A stretch of 64,000 nt of DNA from a virus (IMGVR_UViG_3300047469_000094); one strand, 5' to 3'. Numbered from the stretch's first letter, positions 19,371 through 30,000 are shown. Numbers and translations are program-made. The notes: generated by a model from the sequence alone, not told the origin.

Positions 19371-21137
19371 ATGAGCACTGATTACCTAAATCCCTCCTTC
19401 GGCAATACTATGAATGCCGGGCAGACTCCTAGCCCGTGGTTCACTGTTGCCAACCAGTTCCTGCCAAGGAACCTACATGACGTCATTCGTTGGTCGAAGT
19501 ACATCACCACTCAGTCACCGACTACCACTGAGGTGATTCGGAAGCTGTCGTCCTATCCGATCACTGATTTCGTCGTGGACTCGAAAGAAAAGACTACTAC
19601 TGAGAAGTACAAAGAAGTATTCAAGTGCCTGCGTCTCCGCCAGAACCTCCAAGAAATTGGGTTTGGCTACCATACGCTGGGTAACGTCTTCATCTCGATC
19701 TACTACCCCATCACTCGCGTACTTCGGTGTACTGCGTGTGAGACTGACTACCCGATGCGTAAGGCTGGGTTTGTTAAGTTCAAGAAATACGAGTTCCTAG
19801 GTGTTTGTCCTCATTGCAACCACAATGGTGTCTTCCAACGTATCGATCGTAAGTCTATGGACATCCGCGATATGAACATCATCCAGTGGGATGCTCTGAA
19901 CATCATCGTGAACAACAATCCGATAACTGGTCGCTCTGAGTACTACTACTCTATCCCGAATGAGATTCGTCGGAAGATTGCTGATGGCGATATGCTTTTC
20001 CTTTCGTCTACCCCGTGGTCGTTCATCGAGGCAGTAAAGTCGAACCAAGATTACAAATTCGATGATGATGGTATCTATCACCTGAAGGCCCCGTCACTGA
20101 CTACCCACAGTCTTAATGGTATTGCAGTACCTCCGCTGATCTCCTTGTTCGGTCTTGTGTTCTATCAACAGACTCTGCGCAAGGCTAACGAATCGATTGC
20201 TACCGAGTTCCTGCACCCATTGCGTGTCGTGTACCCTCTTCCAAACGGTTCCGCAGATCCGTCGGTGAGCATGAGTATGCGTAACTTCCGTGGGAATATG
20301 GAGGCGGCACTTAAGAAGCACAAGCGTGACGGTGCTCACATCGTGGTTGCTCCTGGCCCTATCGGTTACGGGACTATTACTGGCGAAGGCCGTGCTCTTC
20401 TTGTAAACCAGGAGATCCAGCAGGCTGAAGAAACGATGCTTCTGAGTCTTGGCGTTTCTCGTGAGTTGCTTAGCGGTACTACTAACTGGACTTCGTCTAC
20501 TGTCGGTCTTCGACTGATGGAAAACAGCATGGATGCCTACGTGGCTCAACTGAACTCTCTCCTAGAGTGGATGTTCGGTAAGATGTCTCAGTATCTGAGT
20601 CTAGAGCCTGCGAAGGTTACCTTGAAAGAATTCAAGCTGATCGATGACACTACTATGCAGCAGATGTTTGCCAACCTGGCTACTCAGGGCAAGATGTCGA
20701 TGCGTAAGTTCTTCGATAGTATCGGTGAGGACTATGACGAGGAGATGGCTAACCAGAAGAAAGAAGCTATCGACCGTGCAGTTATGGCTGTCGAAATTCA
20801 GATCGAAACTGGTGAGGCTACTACGACTGCTGCTCGTAAAATCTCTACTCGTAATGCCGAGACTTCTTCGGAGCAAGCTGAGTTCATGCGTACCTGTATT
20901 ACTCAGGCGATGGAATTCATGGCCATGGACCCTCAAGAAGTTGAGCTTCAGTTGAGCATGATGGATGTAGAAGATCCTGCAATGTCCATCAAGATCCGTG
21001 CTTTGCTTGAGGGTATTCAGGTCGCAGGTGCAAACGCTATTGCTGCACAGCAAGGTCAGGCTCCTGGACAAGAGGGCGGAAGCCCAGGTCAGCAGGCCTC
21101 TGGAAAATCCGAAAAGCCACAGGGTGAAGACCAATGA
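19371..21137 (+). CDS. putative portal protein with Zn-ribbon insertion
   Basis: Size, helical content and position in the late cluster; CTAC...CPHC insert; Gln/Gly-rich tail. Confidence 0.6.
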   Translation: MSTDYLNPSFGNTMNAGQTPSPWFTVANQFLPRNLHDVIRWSKYITTQSPTTTEVIRKLSSYPITDFVVDSKEKTTTEKYKEVFKCLRLRQNLQEIGFGYHTLGNVFISIYYPITRVLRCTACETDYPMRKAGFVKFKKYEFLGVCPHCNHNGVFQRIDRKSMDIRDMNIIQWDALNIIVNNNPITGRSEYYYSIPNEIRRKIADGDMLFLSSTPWSFIEAVKSNQDYKFDDDGIYHLKAPSLTTHSLNGIAVPPLISLFGLVFYQQTLRKANESIATEFLHPLRVVYPLPNGSADPSVSMSMRNFRGNMEAALKKHKRDGAHIVVAPGPIGYGTITGEGRALLVNQEIQQAEETMLLSLGVSRELLSGTTNWTSSTVGLRLMENSMDAYVAQLNSLLEWMFGKMSQYLSLEPAKVTLKEFKLIDDTTMQQMFANLATQGKMSMRKFFDSIGEDYDEEMANQKKEAIDRAVMAVEIQIETGEATTTAARKISTRNAETSSEQAEFMRTCITQAMEFMAMDPQEVELQLSMMDVEDPAMSIKIRALLEGIQVAGANAIAAQQGQAPGQEGGSPGQQASGKSEKPQGEDQ

Positions 21138-21409
21138 ACAACAAAGATATGAACAAACAGCAACAGGCGCACGGGACGGCTTCTATGCCGTCCATGCTCC
21201 CAGATCGTCAGTTCGAAGATGAGATCGCGGCTAGTTACACAGTTAAGTACTTCCGGGCGGACCTAGATGAACCTAGTGAAACCTTGGAACTGCAACGTAT
21301 CGAAACCGTAGGGCTTCGTGGTGATGATATTGTGCTTACTGACCGTCAGACCTATTCTTTCGAAGGACGCTTCTTCGTAGTTCTTCGCTACTATCAGAAA
21401 CGAATCTAA
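21134..21409 (+). CDS. hypothetical protein
   Basis: 91 aa coupled between the portal and RNAP genes. Confidence 0.7.
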   Translation: MNNKDMNKQQQAHGTASMPSMLPDRQFEDEIAASYTVKYFRADLDEPSETLELQRIETVGLRGDDIVLTDRQTYSFEGRFFVVLRYYQKRI

Positions 21410-21411
21410 CC

Positions 21412-24400
21412 ATGCCGAATACCCCATACCCGATTTTCTCTGATCCACGGTCGATCAATGATAAGGCAGACGCAGCTCTCGTAAACGGGCTGACGTCTCA
21501 CTTCCCTATCGAGAACAAGCACTATCAGCTTCACCTGAGTGATGTGCATGTGGACCGTAAGGAGTTCGACCAGAAGGATGAGAAGGATGCAATCCTCCGT
21601 TCCAAATCGTTGACGTACCCTATCAAGGGTACTTTGACCATGATCCATAAGGCCACTGGTGCAGTAGTCGATAAGGAGAAGGACTTCCCTTTGATGGACT
21701 CGTTCTTCCTTACTGGGAAGCACACGATGCTCTACAAGGGTAACAACTACATTGTTGCCAACCAGCTCCAACTGAGTCCTGGTGTGTTTACTCGCACCAA
21801 GGAAAACGGAGAACTGGAGGCTCACTTCAACACTCAGAAAGGCCGTAGCTTCTCGCTGACTCTTGACCCGGAGCACGAGTTGATTTATCTGAATGCTGAT
21901 AAGTCCACCTCTCGTGTACTGGTAGCCCCGATCTTCACGCAGATCTTTCACATTTCGCCTAAGGAGATTCTTCAGTACCTCCCGGAAGAATTGTGGGAGC
22001 GAAACGTTGCGGCTGCAAAAGGACAAGAACAGAAAGCAATCAAGACTTTGTATGGTCAACTGACTTCCAAGTTCAAACAGGATAAAACCCTGTCGTACGA
22101 AGACATGATCGTTGCCTTGCAGGAAGCGTTTGCGGGCTCCACTCTGTCTGCGAAATCTACTGAGATCACTCTTGGTAAACCTTTTTCGAACATCACCCAT
22201 GAGACCCTGTTGCGTGCTATGGCCAACATGGTTGCAGTGCGTCGTGGTGATCGTGAAGAAGATAACCGGGATAGCCTTCAGTTCAAGCGTGTACAGAACC
22301 TTCCAGACTTCCTGGCTCGTCGTTTTGAAACTGGCCGTGAGCACGAAAGTGTTACTAAGGTTAAGAACAAACTTGGTTTCAACCTTGAACGTGTAGACCA
22401 CGCTGATCCGAAGATCCGTAAGGTGATTCCTGCCAAGCCGTTCAACAAGATCTACCAAGACTACATCCTGAAATCCACCCTGGTATCCACCCCGGAGGAA
22501 ACCAATGCTATCGAATCGATTGAGAACGTGGGCAAGGTTACGGTCCTTGGCGCTCAAGAAGGCGGTATTTCCAATATTCGAGCCGTTCCTAAATCTGCTC
22601 GAAATATCGATGCGTCTCATACTGGGATTCTTGACCCTAGTCGTACTCCTGAGTCTGATCACGCTGGTGTTGATCTACGCTTTACAATTTCTGCTCATCG
22701 CGACGATTACGGAACTCTTTACTCGACGGTCGTAGATAACAAGGGTGGGAAGCACACTCTCTCTGTTCACGATTTGATGACTTCGGTCGTTGGCTTCCCA
22801 AACCAAGAGGGCAAGGCCCGAGTTCAGGCCCAAGACCATGGCGTACTTTCTGAAGTTGATCGGAGCAAGGTACAGTATTGGTTTGCAAGTGGTAACAGCC
22901 TGTACACCGTAACTACTAACCTTGTACCGTTCCTGAACAGTAACCACCCGGGTCGTCTGACCATGGCTGGTAAGGCTATTCCTCAGGCGCTCTCTTTGGT
23001 TAATCGTGAAGAGCCTTTGGTTCAGACTGCTACCGGTAGCGGCACTTCCTTTGTGAAGTCTATCGCTAACGTGTTCAGTACGAAATCCCCGGTAGACGGC
23101 ACTATTCGTAAGATCACCCCTACTGAAGTTCACATTGAGAGCAATACCGGAACAGTCCACAAAGTGAACCTTGTTAAGAACCTTCCGTTCAACATGAAAG
23201 GCTTCCTGGATGACGAGGCTCCTCACGTTGCTGTTGGTGAGGCCGTGAAGGCAGGTCAGATCGTCGCTGAGAACAACTACACTAAGAATGGGGTCCTTGC
23301 CCTAGGTAGGAACCTGGACGTCGCCTACATACCTTACAAGGGCTTCAACCACGAAGACGGATTGGTAATCTCCCAGACTGCCTCTGATAGCTTGTCTAGC
23401 CATCACGCATACAAAGTCGATTACAACATCATGGAGTACTCCGTTCCTCGTAAATCATTGCTTAAACGTTACTTCCCAGGTAAGTTCACAGCAGAACAAC
23501 TGAGCCACTTGGATGAACAAGGCGTTGCAACCGTGGGCTCTATTTTGAAACACGGAGACCCGGTATATGCGGTACTTGAAAAAAGAGAGCCGACGGCTGA
23601 AGACCGTATGCTTGGACGTCTACATAAGACACTGGTTAACCCTTACCGTGTTAACGCAGATCTGTGGGGCTACGATGACCCTGCTGAGGTAGTTGACCGT
23701 CACGTCGATGCCAAAGAGATTCGTGTAATTCTTCGTGCAGTTAAGCAACTGGAAATCGGTGACAAGCTGACGGGTATGCATGGTAACAAAGGTATCGTGT
23801 CTCTTATCCTGCCGGATGAGAAAATGCCATACAACAAAGAAACCGGTAAGCCATACGATCTTTTGCTCAACCCTGCCTCTGTAACCAGCCGGGTAAACCT
23901 GGGTCAGTTGATGGAAGTAGCTGCGGCGAAGATTGCTCGTAAGAAAGGTTCTCCGTACCTAGTTCACAACTTCTCGAAGAACTCCAACGTTCAAGAGTTG
24001 ACTGACGAACTGAAAGCGCATGGTTTGAGCGACACTGATGAAGTAGTAGATCCTGAGAATGGCAAGACTTATCCAAAAGTCCTGGCCGGTCCTCAGTACA
24101 TGATGAAACTCTACAAGACTACTGACCAGAACTTGTCGGCTCGTAACGTGGGTGGCTACGACAACGTACTACAACCTACCAAGGGTGGTCACGAAGGTTC
24201 GAAGTCTGTTGGTTACATGGAGTTCCTCGGTCTGCTGGGCTCAGGTGCAAACCACAACTTGCAAGAGATCGGTACTTCCAAGTCTCAAGAAAACTCGGAG
24301 TACTGGACAAAGTTTCTGCGTGGTCAGCCTCTGCCTAAGCCGGACACTACCTTTGCTACTAAGAAGTTCATCGACTACCTTCATGGTTCTGGCGTCAAGG

Positions 24401-24768
24401 TAAACGTAGATAGCGAACACATCACTGCCTCTCCTCTCATGGACAAAGACATACTTGAGATGAGCAACGGTGAGATCAAGAACGCTGACTTCGTTGCTGC
24501 CAAGAACATGGAGCCGGAAGAAGGTGGTCTGTTCGACATGAGTATCACTGGTGGTATTCGTGGTCAGAAGTGGGGACACTACAAGCTTGCAGAGCCTGTC
24601 GTAAACCCGGTCTTCGAGAACGCGGTTAAGCACCTTACAGGTCTAACATCTACTGAATTCGACAAGCTCGCTTCCGGTGAACTCGGTCTGAAAAAGGTAG
24701 GGGACAAAGAGTTCCATCTTGTTACCCATGGTGACGACAGTAAGGTGATTAAGAAGGTGACGATGTGA
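21412..24768 (+). CDS. multi-subunit RNA polymerase beta subunit fused to the beta' N-terminal segment
   Basis: TPESDHAG, GDKLTGMHGNKG, LLNPASVTSRVNLGQ, YMMKL; C-terminal EGGLFD..ITG...WGHYKLAEPV matches the beta' N-terminus. Confidence 0.9.
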   Translation: MPNTPYPIFSDPRSINDKADAALVNGLTSHFPIENKHYQLHLSDVHVDRKEFDQKDEKDAILRSKSLTYPIKGTLTMIHKATGAVVDKEKDFPLMDSFFLTGKHTMLYKGNNYIVANQLQLSPGVFTRTKENGELEAHFNTQKGRSFSLTLDPEHELIYLNADKSTSRVLVAPIFTQIFHISPKEILQYLPEELWERNVAAAKGQEQKAIKTLYGQLTSKFKQDKTLSYEDMIVALQEAFAGSTLSAKSTEITLGKPFSNITHETLLRAMANMVAVRRGDREEDNRDSLQFKRVQNLPDFLARRFETGREHESVTKVKNKLGFNLERVDHADPKIRKVIPAKPFNKIYQDYILKSTLVSTPEETNAIESIENVGKVTVLGAQEGGISNIRAVPKSARNIDASHTGILDPSRTPESDHAGVDLRFTISAHRDDYGTLYSTVVDNKGGKHTLSVHDLMTSVVGFPNQEGKARVQAQDHGVLSEVDRSKVQYWFASGNSLYTVTTNLVPFLNSNHPGRLTMAGKAIPQALSLVNREEPLVQTATGSGTSFVKSIANVFSTKSPVDGTIRKITPTEVHIESNTGTVHKVNLVKNLPFNMKGFLDDEAPHVAVGEAVKAGQIVAENNYTKNGVLALGRNLDVAYIPYKGFNHEDGLVISQTASDSLSSHHAYKVDYNIMEYSVPRKSLLKRYFPGKFTAEQLSHLDEQGVATVGSILKHGDPVYAVLEKREPTAEDRMLGRLHKTLVNPYRVNADLWGYDDPAEVVDRHVDAKEIRVILRAVKQLEIGDKLTGMHGNKGIVSLILPDEKMPYNKETGKPYDLLLNPASVTSRVNLGQLMEVAAAKIARKKGSPYLVHNFSKNSNVQELTDELKAHGLSDTDEVVDPENGKTYPKVLAGPQYMMKLYKTTDQNLSARNVGGYDNVLQPTKGGHEGSKSVGYMEFLGLLGSGANHNLQEIGTSKSQENSEYWTKFLRGQPLPKPDTTFATKKFIDYLHGSGVKVNVDSEHITASPLMDKDILEMSNGEIKNADFVAAKNMEPEEGGLFDMSITGGIRGQKWGHYKLAEPVVNPVFENAVKHLTGLTSTEFDKLASGELGLKKVGDKEFHLVTHGDDSKVIKKVTM

Positions 24769-25916
24769 CAGAACCAGTACTGATGGGGGGAGCGGCCTTT
24801 GAGGCCCTCCTTGGTGCAATCAACATTGACCAGAGTTTGAAAGACAACTCACATGAAGCAGTGCATGCTACTTCGGTAGCTAAAAGAGACAAGGCCATTA
24901 AGAAGATCAAGTATCTTGCGGGCCTTAAGAAAATGGGGGTTACCCCGGACCAAGCCTACGTTGTTCGCAACGTAGCAGTGGTTCCTCCAGTTACTCGTCC
25001 TATGATGGTTCAGGGCGGAGGCCGTCTTGAATACTCTGACGTCAACCAGCTCTACCGTGACCACATCGTTTCCAACGAGACCTTCAAAGGTTTGAAAGGC
25101 GTTCTGCCAGACGAATCTACTATGCTAGTCAATGCTCGGAAGGAGATGTACAACGGTCTGAAAGCAGTTGTTGGTTTGGGTGACCCTATCTCCCCTAACT
25201 CTCGTGGCCGTGATCTAAAAGGGTTGCTGGTTCAGATTGCTGGTAAAGGTTCGCCAAAGGCGGGTCTCTTCCACAGCAAGATTTTGAGTAAGAAACAGGA
25301 CTTCTCTGGTCGAGGCACTATCTATGCTGAACCACGTCTTGGCTTCAACGAGATGGCGATTCCGAAAGATACGCTTTGGTCCATGTACAAATTTCACGTC
25401 ATTCGAGATATGACCCGTCAAGGTCACTCGTACATGAACGCTGAGAAGGCGTACAGTGAGCGAAACGATTCGGCTACTTCTTCATTCGGTAAGATCATCA
25501 AAGAAGTTCCTATCATTGCCAACCGTAACCCTACTCTGATGAAGTCCAACATCTCGGCGTTCTTCCCAGTGCCGGTTGAAGGTAACTCCATTGGTGTAAA
25601 CCCTCTGCACCTACCAATGTTCGCAGGGGACTACGACGGTGACGCATTGTCCTTGTTCTTGCCTATGGGCCCTGCTGCGGTTAAAGAAGCACGAGATAAG
25701 CTCATGCCTTCGAAGCAGATCTACGACGCCCGTATGGGTTACGGGGAATCTCTGATTGCACCTGGCCACGAAGCTATCCTTGGTTCTGTTCACTTGACTG
25801 AAGCGGATATGGACAAAAAGCCCCAGCACTTTGAAAGCGAAGAGCACGTCCTTGCAGCACTCAAGGCTGGTACGGTGGACGAGAATACACCGATCACCAT
25901 CTCACCTAAAAAATGA
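24765..25916 (+). CDS. RNA polymerase beta' catalytic (middle) fragment
   Basis: VVPPVTRP, KKQDFSGRGTI, NRNPTL, FAGDYDGDA (DxDGD active site). Confidence 0.92.
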   Translation: MTEPVLMGGAAFEALLGAINIDQSLKDNSHEAVHATSVAKRDKAIKKIKYLAGLKKMGVTPDQAYVVRNVAVVPPVTRPMMVQGGGRLEYSDVNQLYRDHIVSNETFKGLKGVLPDESTMLVNARKEMYNGLKAVVGLGDPISPNSRGRDLKGLLVQIAGKGSPKAGLFHSKILSKKQDFSGRGTIYAEPRLGFNEMAIPKDTLWSMYKFHVIRDMTRQGHSYMNAEKAYSERNDSATSSFGKIIKEVPIIANRNPTLMKSNISAFFPVPVEGNSIGVNPLHLPMFAGDYDGDALSLFLPMGPAAVKEARDKLMPSKQIYDARMGYGESLIAPGHEAILGSVHLTEADMDKKPQHFESEEHVLAALKAGTVDENTPITISPKK

Positions 25917-25957
25917 GGAAGCTAAAAAGCCCTGACAGAAGTCGGGGCTTTTCTTTG

Positions 25958-26413
25958 TTACGTCTCAGGGTTACTGAGTAGCTCGAAGAAGTATTCAAGT
26001 TTACCGGTTTCGGTCAAGTACACCATGAGGGGATCAGCATCTTTTCCGTAATTTTCTTTGTACCCGGATTCCAGGTCTTCCTTGAACAACAGGTACTCAT
26101 TACGAGTGGCTACCAGATCGTCGTCGAGTTTTGCACAGAGATCTTCATCCCACTCCATGACGTCACACAGCTCGCCTGCATCCTGCAAGTCCATATTCAG
26201 CTCTTGCAGCCCGTGAGCAACTTTGGAAGTAATCGAAGTTAACGTTTTTACGGTACTCAAGATTTCCTTGAGGAACACCTCAGGGTTTTTAACTTCAGCG
26301 TCCAGTTCGGCACTCAGGGATTTACCCATGTTCGCCATTGCAGAACGGTTTGCGTTCAGTTCCATGAAGAATGTACGCAGGATGTTTTGTACTTCTTGGC
26401 TATACTTGTTCAT
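25958..26413 (-). CDS. helical hypothetical protein, paralogue family member 1
   Basis: Own promoter (26470) and terminator; DPLMV motif shared with 29248-29697. Confidence 0.75.
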   Translation of the reverse strand: MNKYSQEVQNILRTFFMELNANRSAMANMGKSLSAELDAEVKNPEVFLKEILSTVKTLTSITSKVAHGLQELNMDLQDAGELCDVMEWDEDLCAKLDDDLVATRNEYLLFKEDLESGYKENYGKDADPLMVYLTETGKLEYFFELLSNPET

Positions 26414-26562
26414 GTCAAAGGTCTCTTCTATTAGTTATGATTGAGAAAGTATATTCTTTCTGTACTTTACTTATACCGATTCTGATGTATTGAAATTGAA
26501 ACTTACTGAGCGTGTTGATAGGCTAAAAAACCCTGACAGAAGTCGGGGCTTTTCTTTGTTAC

Positions 26563-27156
26563 TTAGTGCTTAGGGGTATCTTGCGACGCTGCCAGGTCCC
26601 AGCCCTTATTGAAATCGTCGGCAAGCTTTGGGCAGGCTTTTGCTACGTTTTCTTTTGTCCATACTCGTGCAAGACTTTCCTTGTCACTTTCAGACGGTGC
26701 AGCGGACTCGACAGCTTTAGTGATTGCATCGGTGAACTCACCGATCAACCCCTGCTCTTCAAGTTTTTCCATGAGGATAGTGCGGGCACGATCGCCGTAC
26801 ATCTCCACCATTGGTTGGGAAAGTTCCGAACCAAACTGTTCATTTTCTTCGAAGATAGCAACCAGTTCGTGATCCACGTATTCACTGCGGTTAACAGACC
26901 CGTTAACTACGTTGGGTACCATTAATAGTTCTTCTGGTGAAGACCCTGAGTTAGCCAGAGCACTTTCCATATCAATGCTGTGTTTCATGATGCGGGCAGT
27001 CAATTCCGCAGAGCAGCGGATTAACTCCTTCATATCCGGTGTTTCTTTGGCCAACTCAACTTCGGTGAGACGCTGAGCTGCGACAATTTCTGGACGGAAC
27101 TCCAGGTTTTTGGCCATTGCTTGTTTCAGTACGTTTTGCAGATTGGTATTAAACAT
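26563..27156 (-). CDS. helical hypothetical protein, paralogue family member 2
   Basis: ELAKETPD motif; terminator nearly identical to that at 25921. Confidence 0.8.
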   Translation of the reverse strand: MFNTNLQNVLKQAMAKNLEFRPEIVAAQRLTEVELAKETPDMKELIRCSAELTARIMKHSIDMESALANSGSSPEELLMVPNVVNGSVNRSEYVDHELVAIFEENEQFGSELSQPMVEMYGDRARTILMEKLEEQGLIGEFTDAITKAVESAAPSESDKESLARVWTKENVAKACPKLADDFNKGWDLAASQDTPKH

Positions 27157-27273
27157 GATTAAGGTCTCTTCTATTGGGATTGTGAGAAAGTATATTCTTC
27201 CTCTACTTTACTTATATCAGCATTTGTATCTTGGAATTGAAACTGGGGACCTGAGATCAGATCCCCGTTTACA

Positions 27274-27831
27274 TCAGATGATGTCGCCTTTCGCCAAGCC
27301 TTCTACTACCGGTGCCATTTCAGTTGCGAGTGAATCGCCATCTTCTGAGATCTTTCGTGCCATTTCCTCGAAGCCCGGAATGTCCTTGACGCTATCGATA
27401 AAGGCCTCAAGCGAGTGAGTTTTCGCAAGCGCCTTTTCCATGGCCTTTGGACCGTACGTTCTGGTGATCTCGTTATTGAGGCCATCCGTGAACGCAAGGT
27501 GGGAACGGACCAACTCTGCGAGCTCGGGTTCGAGAGCAGAGATGTGTTCCTCTGATTTGTTTTCCAGACATACCGTAAAGATGTAGTCCAGTTGTGGCTG
27601 TAGTTCCTCAACAGACATGCTTTCGAGAAGCAGGTTGATGAGTTCCGATGACAAACGAACAGTACGATCACCACTTCGGAGAATACCTTCAGTTACCTCC
27701 GTCAGATTTGGCGTTGTCTTTGCCAGTTCTTGCATGGTGATTTCATGGAGTCGTTTGAGAAGTGGTTGTTCTCCAGCAAGTACTTGAAGTACTTTCTTGG
27801 ATTGCTCTTGGACAAGGATAGATGGAGTCAT
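27274..27831 (-). CDS. helical hypothetical protein, paralogue family member 3
   Basis: ELAKTTPN motif; promoter at 27879. Confidence 0.8.
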   Translation of the reverse strand: MTPSILVQEQSKKVLQVLAGEQPLLKRLHEITMQELAKTTPNLTEVTEGILRSGDRTVRLSSELINLLLESMSVEELQPQLDYIFTVCLENKSEEHISALEPELAELVRSHLAFTDGLNNEITRTYGPKAMEKALAKTHSLEAFIDSVKDIPGFEEMARKISEDGDSLATEMAPVVEGLAKGDII

Positions 27832-28005
27832 TTCAAAGGTCTCGTGTTAGTAGAAGATGATATTCCTCTTACACTATTCTTATACCTAAACGAGCTTCCC
27901 GTATGTAATCTACGGTGTCGGTCGGACTCCATGACTAGCTGCTTACAGTACTTATACCAAAACTACGTCCTTGACTTTCCATAGGGTAGGGTTAACCTCT
28001 GACTC

Positions 28006-29307
28006 ATGGATCATTCTGAATTTGAAACAAAGTCAATTCTGAGACATGGCCACCGATACGACTATTCAAAGTCGGAAGTTACTACCAGCAAATCTAAGGT
28101 AGTGATTGGTTGTCCTCAGCACGGAGATTTCCTACAGGCACCCGACCACCATATGCGTGGGAGAGGGTGTCCTTCCTGTGGGCGTAGTAACCAGGGCAGA
28201 GTTTCTGGAATAACTCAGGAGGAGTTCATTCGAAGAGCAACCGAAGCTCATGAAGATTTTTACGATTACTCTAAAACGGTGTACGTTTCTTCTAGGAGTA
28301 AGATAGACATCCTCTGCCCTATACACGGTGAGTTCAGTACCTTGGCCGTAAAACACATACAGGAGAAACGTGGCTGCCCTTCTTGCGGTAGAGTGAAGAA
28401 CAGGTATGCCCAAAGCGTTATGTACCAAGACTTCTTTGATTCTGCTGTAGAACGTCACGGTTCCTCCTACGGATATGCGGAGGTATCTCTTCGATTCATG
28501 TCAGATGACATTGACGTAGTGTGCCCTACTCACGGAGCATTTACTGTCGTGGCATCTGATCATGTGCATGGACGTGGTTGCCCAAAATGCAGACCAAACG
28601 GATCGTCCCCGGAGAACGAGTTAGCAGACTTCATTCACGGATTGGGATTCGATATTGTCAGAAACTCTCGTAAGATAATACCGCCTTTAGAGCTAGATGT
28701 AGCCCTTCCTGCTGAGCGGGTTGCCTTCGAGTTCAATGGTATCTTTTGGCACTCTGAGCAGGTGGGAAAGGCTGCGGAGTATCACCAGAACAAAACCATG
28801 AAGGCACGACAGGCCGGGTATCGTTTGTTCCATGTCTATGAGTCTGACTGGGACCTGAACAAAGAATACACGATGGCCAAGATTCGAAAGATACTTTCCC
28901 CCGCCACCTGTCCTGACCTAAGTCCATCGTACCCTCTGGAGGAATACTCCGGTGATTACCATTTGATTCTTCGTGGTAAGCCTATAGCAGGGTTCCGGGT
29001 TAAAGAAGGGGTAGCCATAGACTGTTGGAGTGAATACGGGATAAAGCCTATTCACCGATTGATGGTTACATCGGGGGTCATGCGGATGAAGACGAGCCTA
29101 GACTGGCCGGAGTTCACCGTAGGTGATTTCTCTGCTGCGGGGTTCTTGAAGCACATGAATGTGAACCCTGGTCGTCACTACTTTGATCGCAAAACCCTAC
29201 GCAGACTAAAAGAAAAGCCCCGACAGTGTCAGGGCCTTGAGTATCTCTCAGTGGTAGACTCTGGGTCCACCATCTGGGAAATTCGGATTGAACAGGATGT
29301 ACCCTAG
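28006..29307 (+). CDS. homing-endonuclease-like protein (three CPxHG Zn repeats plus a Vsr/PD-(D/E)xK domain)
   Basis: Repeats YDYSK..(Y)...K..I.CP.HG.F....H..GRGCP.C; ELDVALP..RVAFEFNGIFWH. Confidence 0.8.
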   Translation: MDHSEFETKSILRHGHRYDYSKSEVTTSKSKVVIGCPQHGDFLQAPDHHMRGRGCPSCGRSNQGRVSGITQEEFIRRATEAHEDFYDYSKTVYVSSRSKIDILCPIHGEFSTLAVKHIQEKRGCPSCGRVKNRYAQSVMYQDFFDSAVERHGSSYGYAEVSLRFMSDDIDVVCPTHGAFTVVASDHVHGRGCPKCRPNGSSPENELADFIHGLGFDIVRNSRKIIPPLELDVALPAERVAFEFNGIFWHSEQVGKAAEYHQNKTMKARQAGYRLFHVYESDWDLNKEYTMAKIRKILSPATCPDLSPSYPLEEYSGDYHLILRGKPIAGFRVKEGVAIDCWSEYGIKPIHRLMVTSGVMRMKTSLDWPEFTVGDFSAAGFLKHMNVNPGRHYFDRKTLRRLKEKPRQCQGLEYLSVVDSGSTIWEIRIEQDVP

Positions 29308-29697
29308 GACAATGCTGATAGGGTTTCTTTTATTCAGTCCGATTTCGATATCCACAAACTCAAGCAGTAGTGCGTTCTTCGTCACCACCATCAGAGGGTC
29401 TTCCGGAGAAAGGTCGTAGGACTCTCCGAGATCAACAAGGTTACTCAGGGAGAATGACGCCGCATTTCGGAGATCGTGGATTTGATCCCAAAGTTGCTCT
29501 ACCCAGACGGTACACTCCGAGATGTCTTCTGGGTACATACGAACGCCCTCTGCATGAGCAGACAGATCTCCTCGCATGTTCTCTACGACATCCTCCATAC
29601 AGCGTTGAAGTGCTTCTCCGTATTTCCCAGCAGGCATTGCAACTTTCAGCATGGCGTGTACTCCCTTATATGATTCCATACATCTTATACCAATCAC
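29248..29697 (-). CDS. helical hypothetical protein, possible paralogue family member 4
   Basis: DPLMV motif; promoter at 29684, so the real start is probably the internal Met near 29652. Confidence 0.65.
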   Translation of the reverse strand: MIGIRCMESYKGVHAMLKVAMPAGKYGEALQRCMEDVVENMRGDLSAHAEGVRMYPEDISECTVWVEQLWDQIHDLRNAASFSLSNLVDLGESYDLSPEDPLMVVTKNALLLEFVDIEIGLNKRNPISIVLGYILFNPNFPDGGPRVYH

Positions 29698-29739
29698 GCT
29701 CAGCTAAAAAGAGAGGGGTTGGCCCTCCTCTCTTAGTTA

Positions 29740-30000
29740 TTACTTAGCCGCAGGAGTTTCCGGAGCTGCACCGGTTGCTGCCTGAACGGTTTCAGTAATC
29801 TTTGTGACGGCTGCGTCCAGCTTTGCCTTTGCAGCTTCTTCGCCTTTCTTTGCGCCGCGCTTGGTGCCGACTACGAAGCCGATGCCAGTGCCAATCGCAA
29901 CGAATGCGGTAGCGATGCCGATAGCGATGTATTTACCTACACCGGACTCCTCGACAGGAGTTTCAGTGTTCATTACGTCAGTGCCCATTGCTTCGTTCAT
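29740..30000 (-). CDS. single-pass membrane protein
   Basis: YIAIGIATAFVAIGTGIGFVVG hydrophobic segment followed by basic residues. Confidence 0.75.
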   Translation of the reverse strand: MNEAMGTDVMNTETPVEESGVGKYIAIGIATAFVAIGTGIGFVVGTKRGAKKGEEAAKAKLDAAVTKITETVQAATGAAPETPAAK

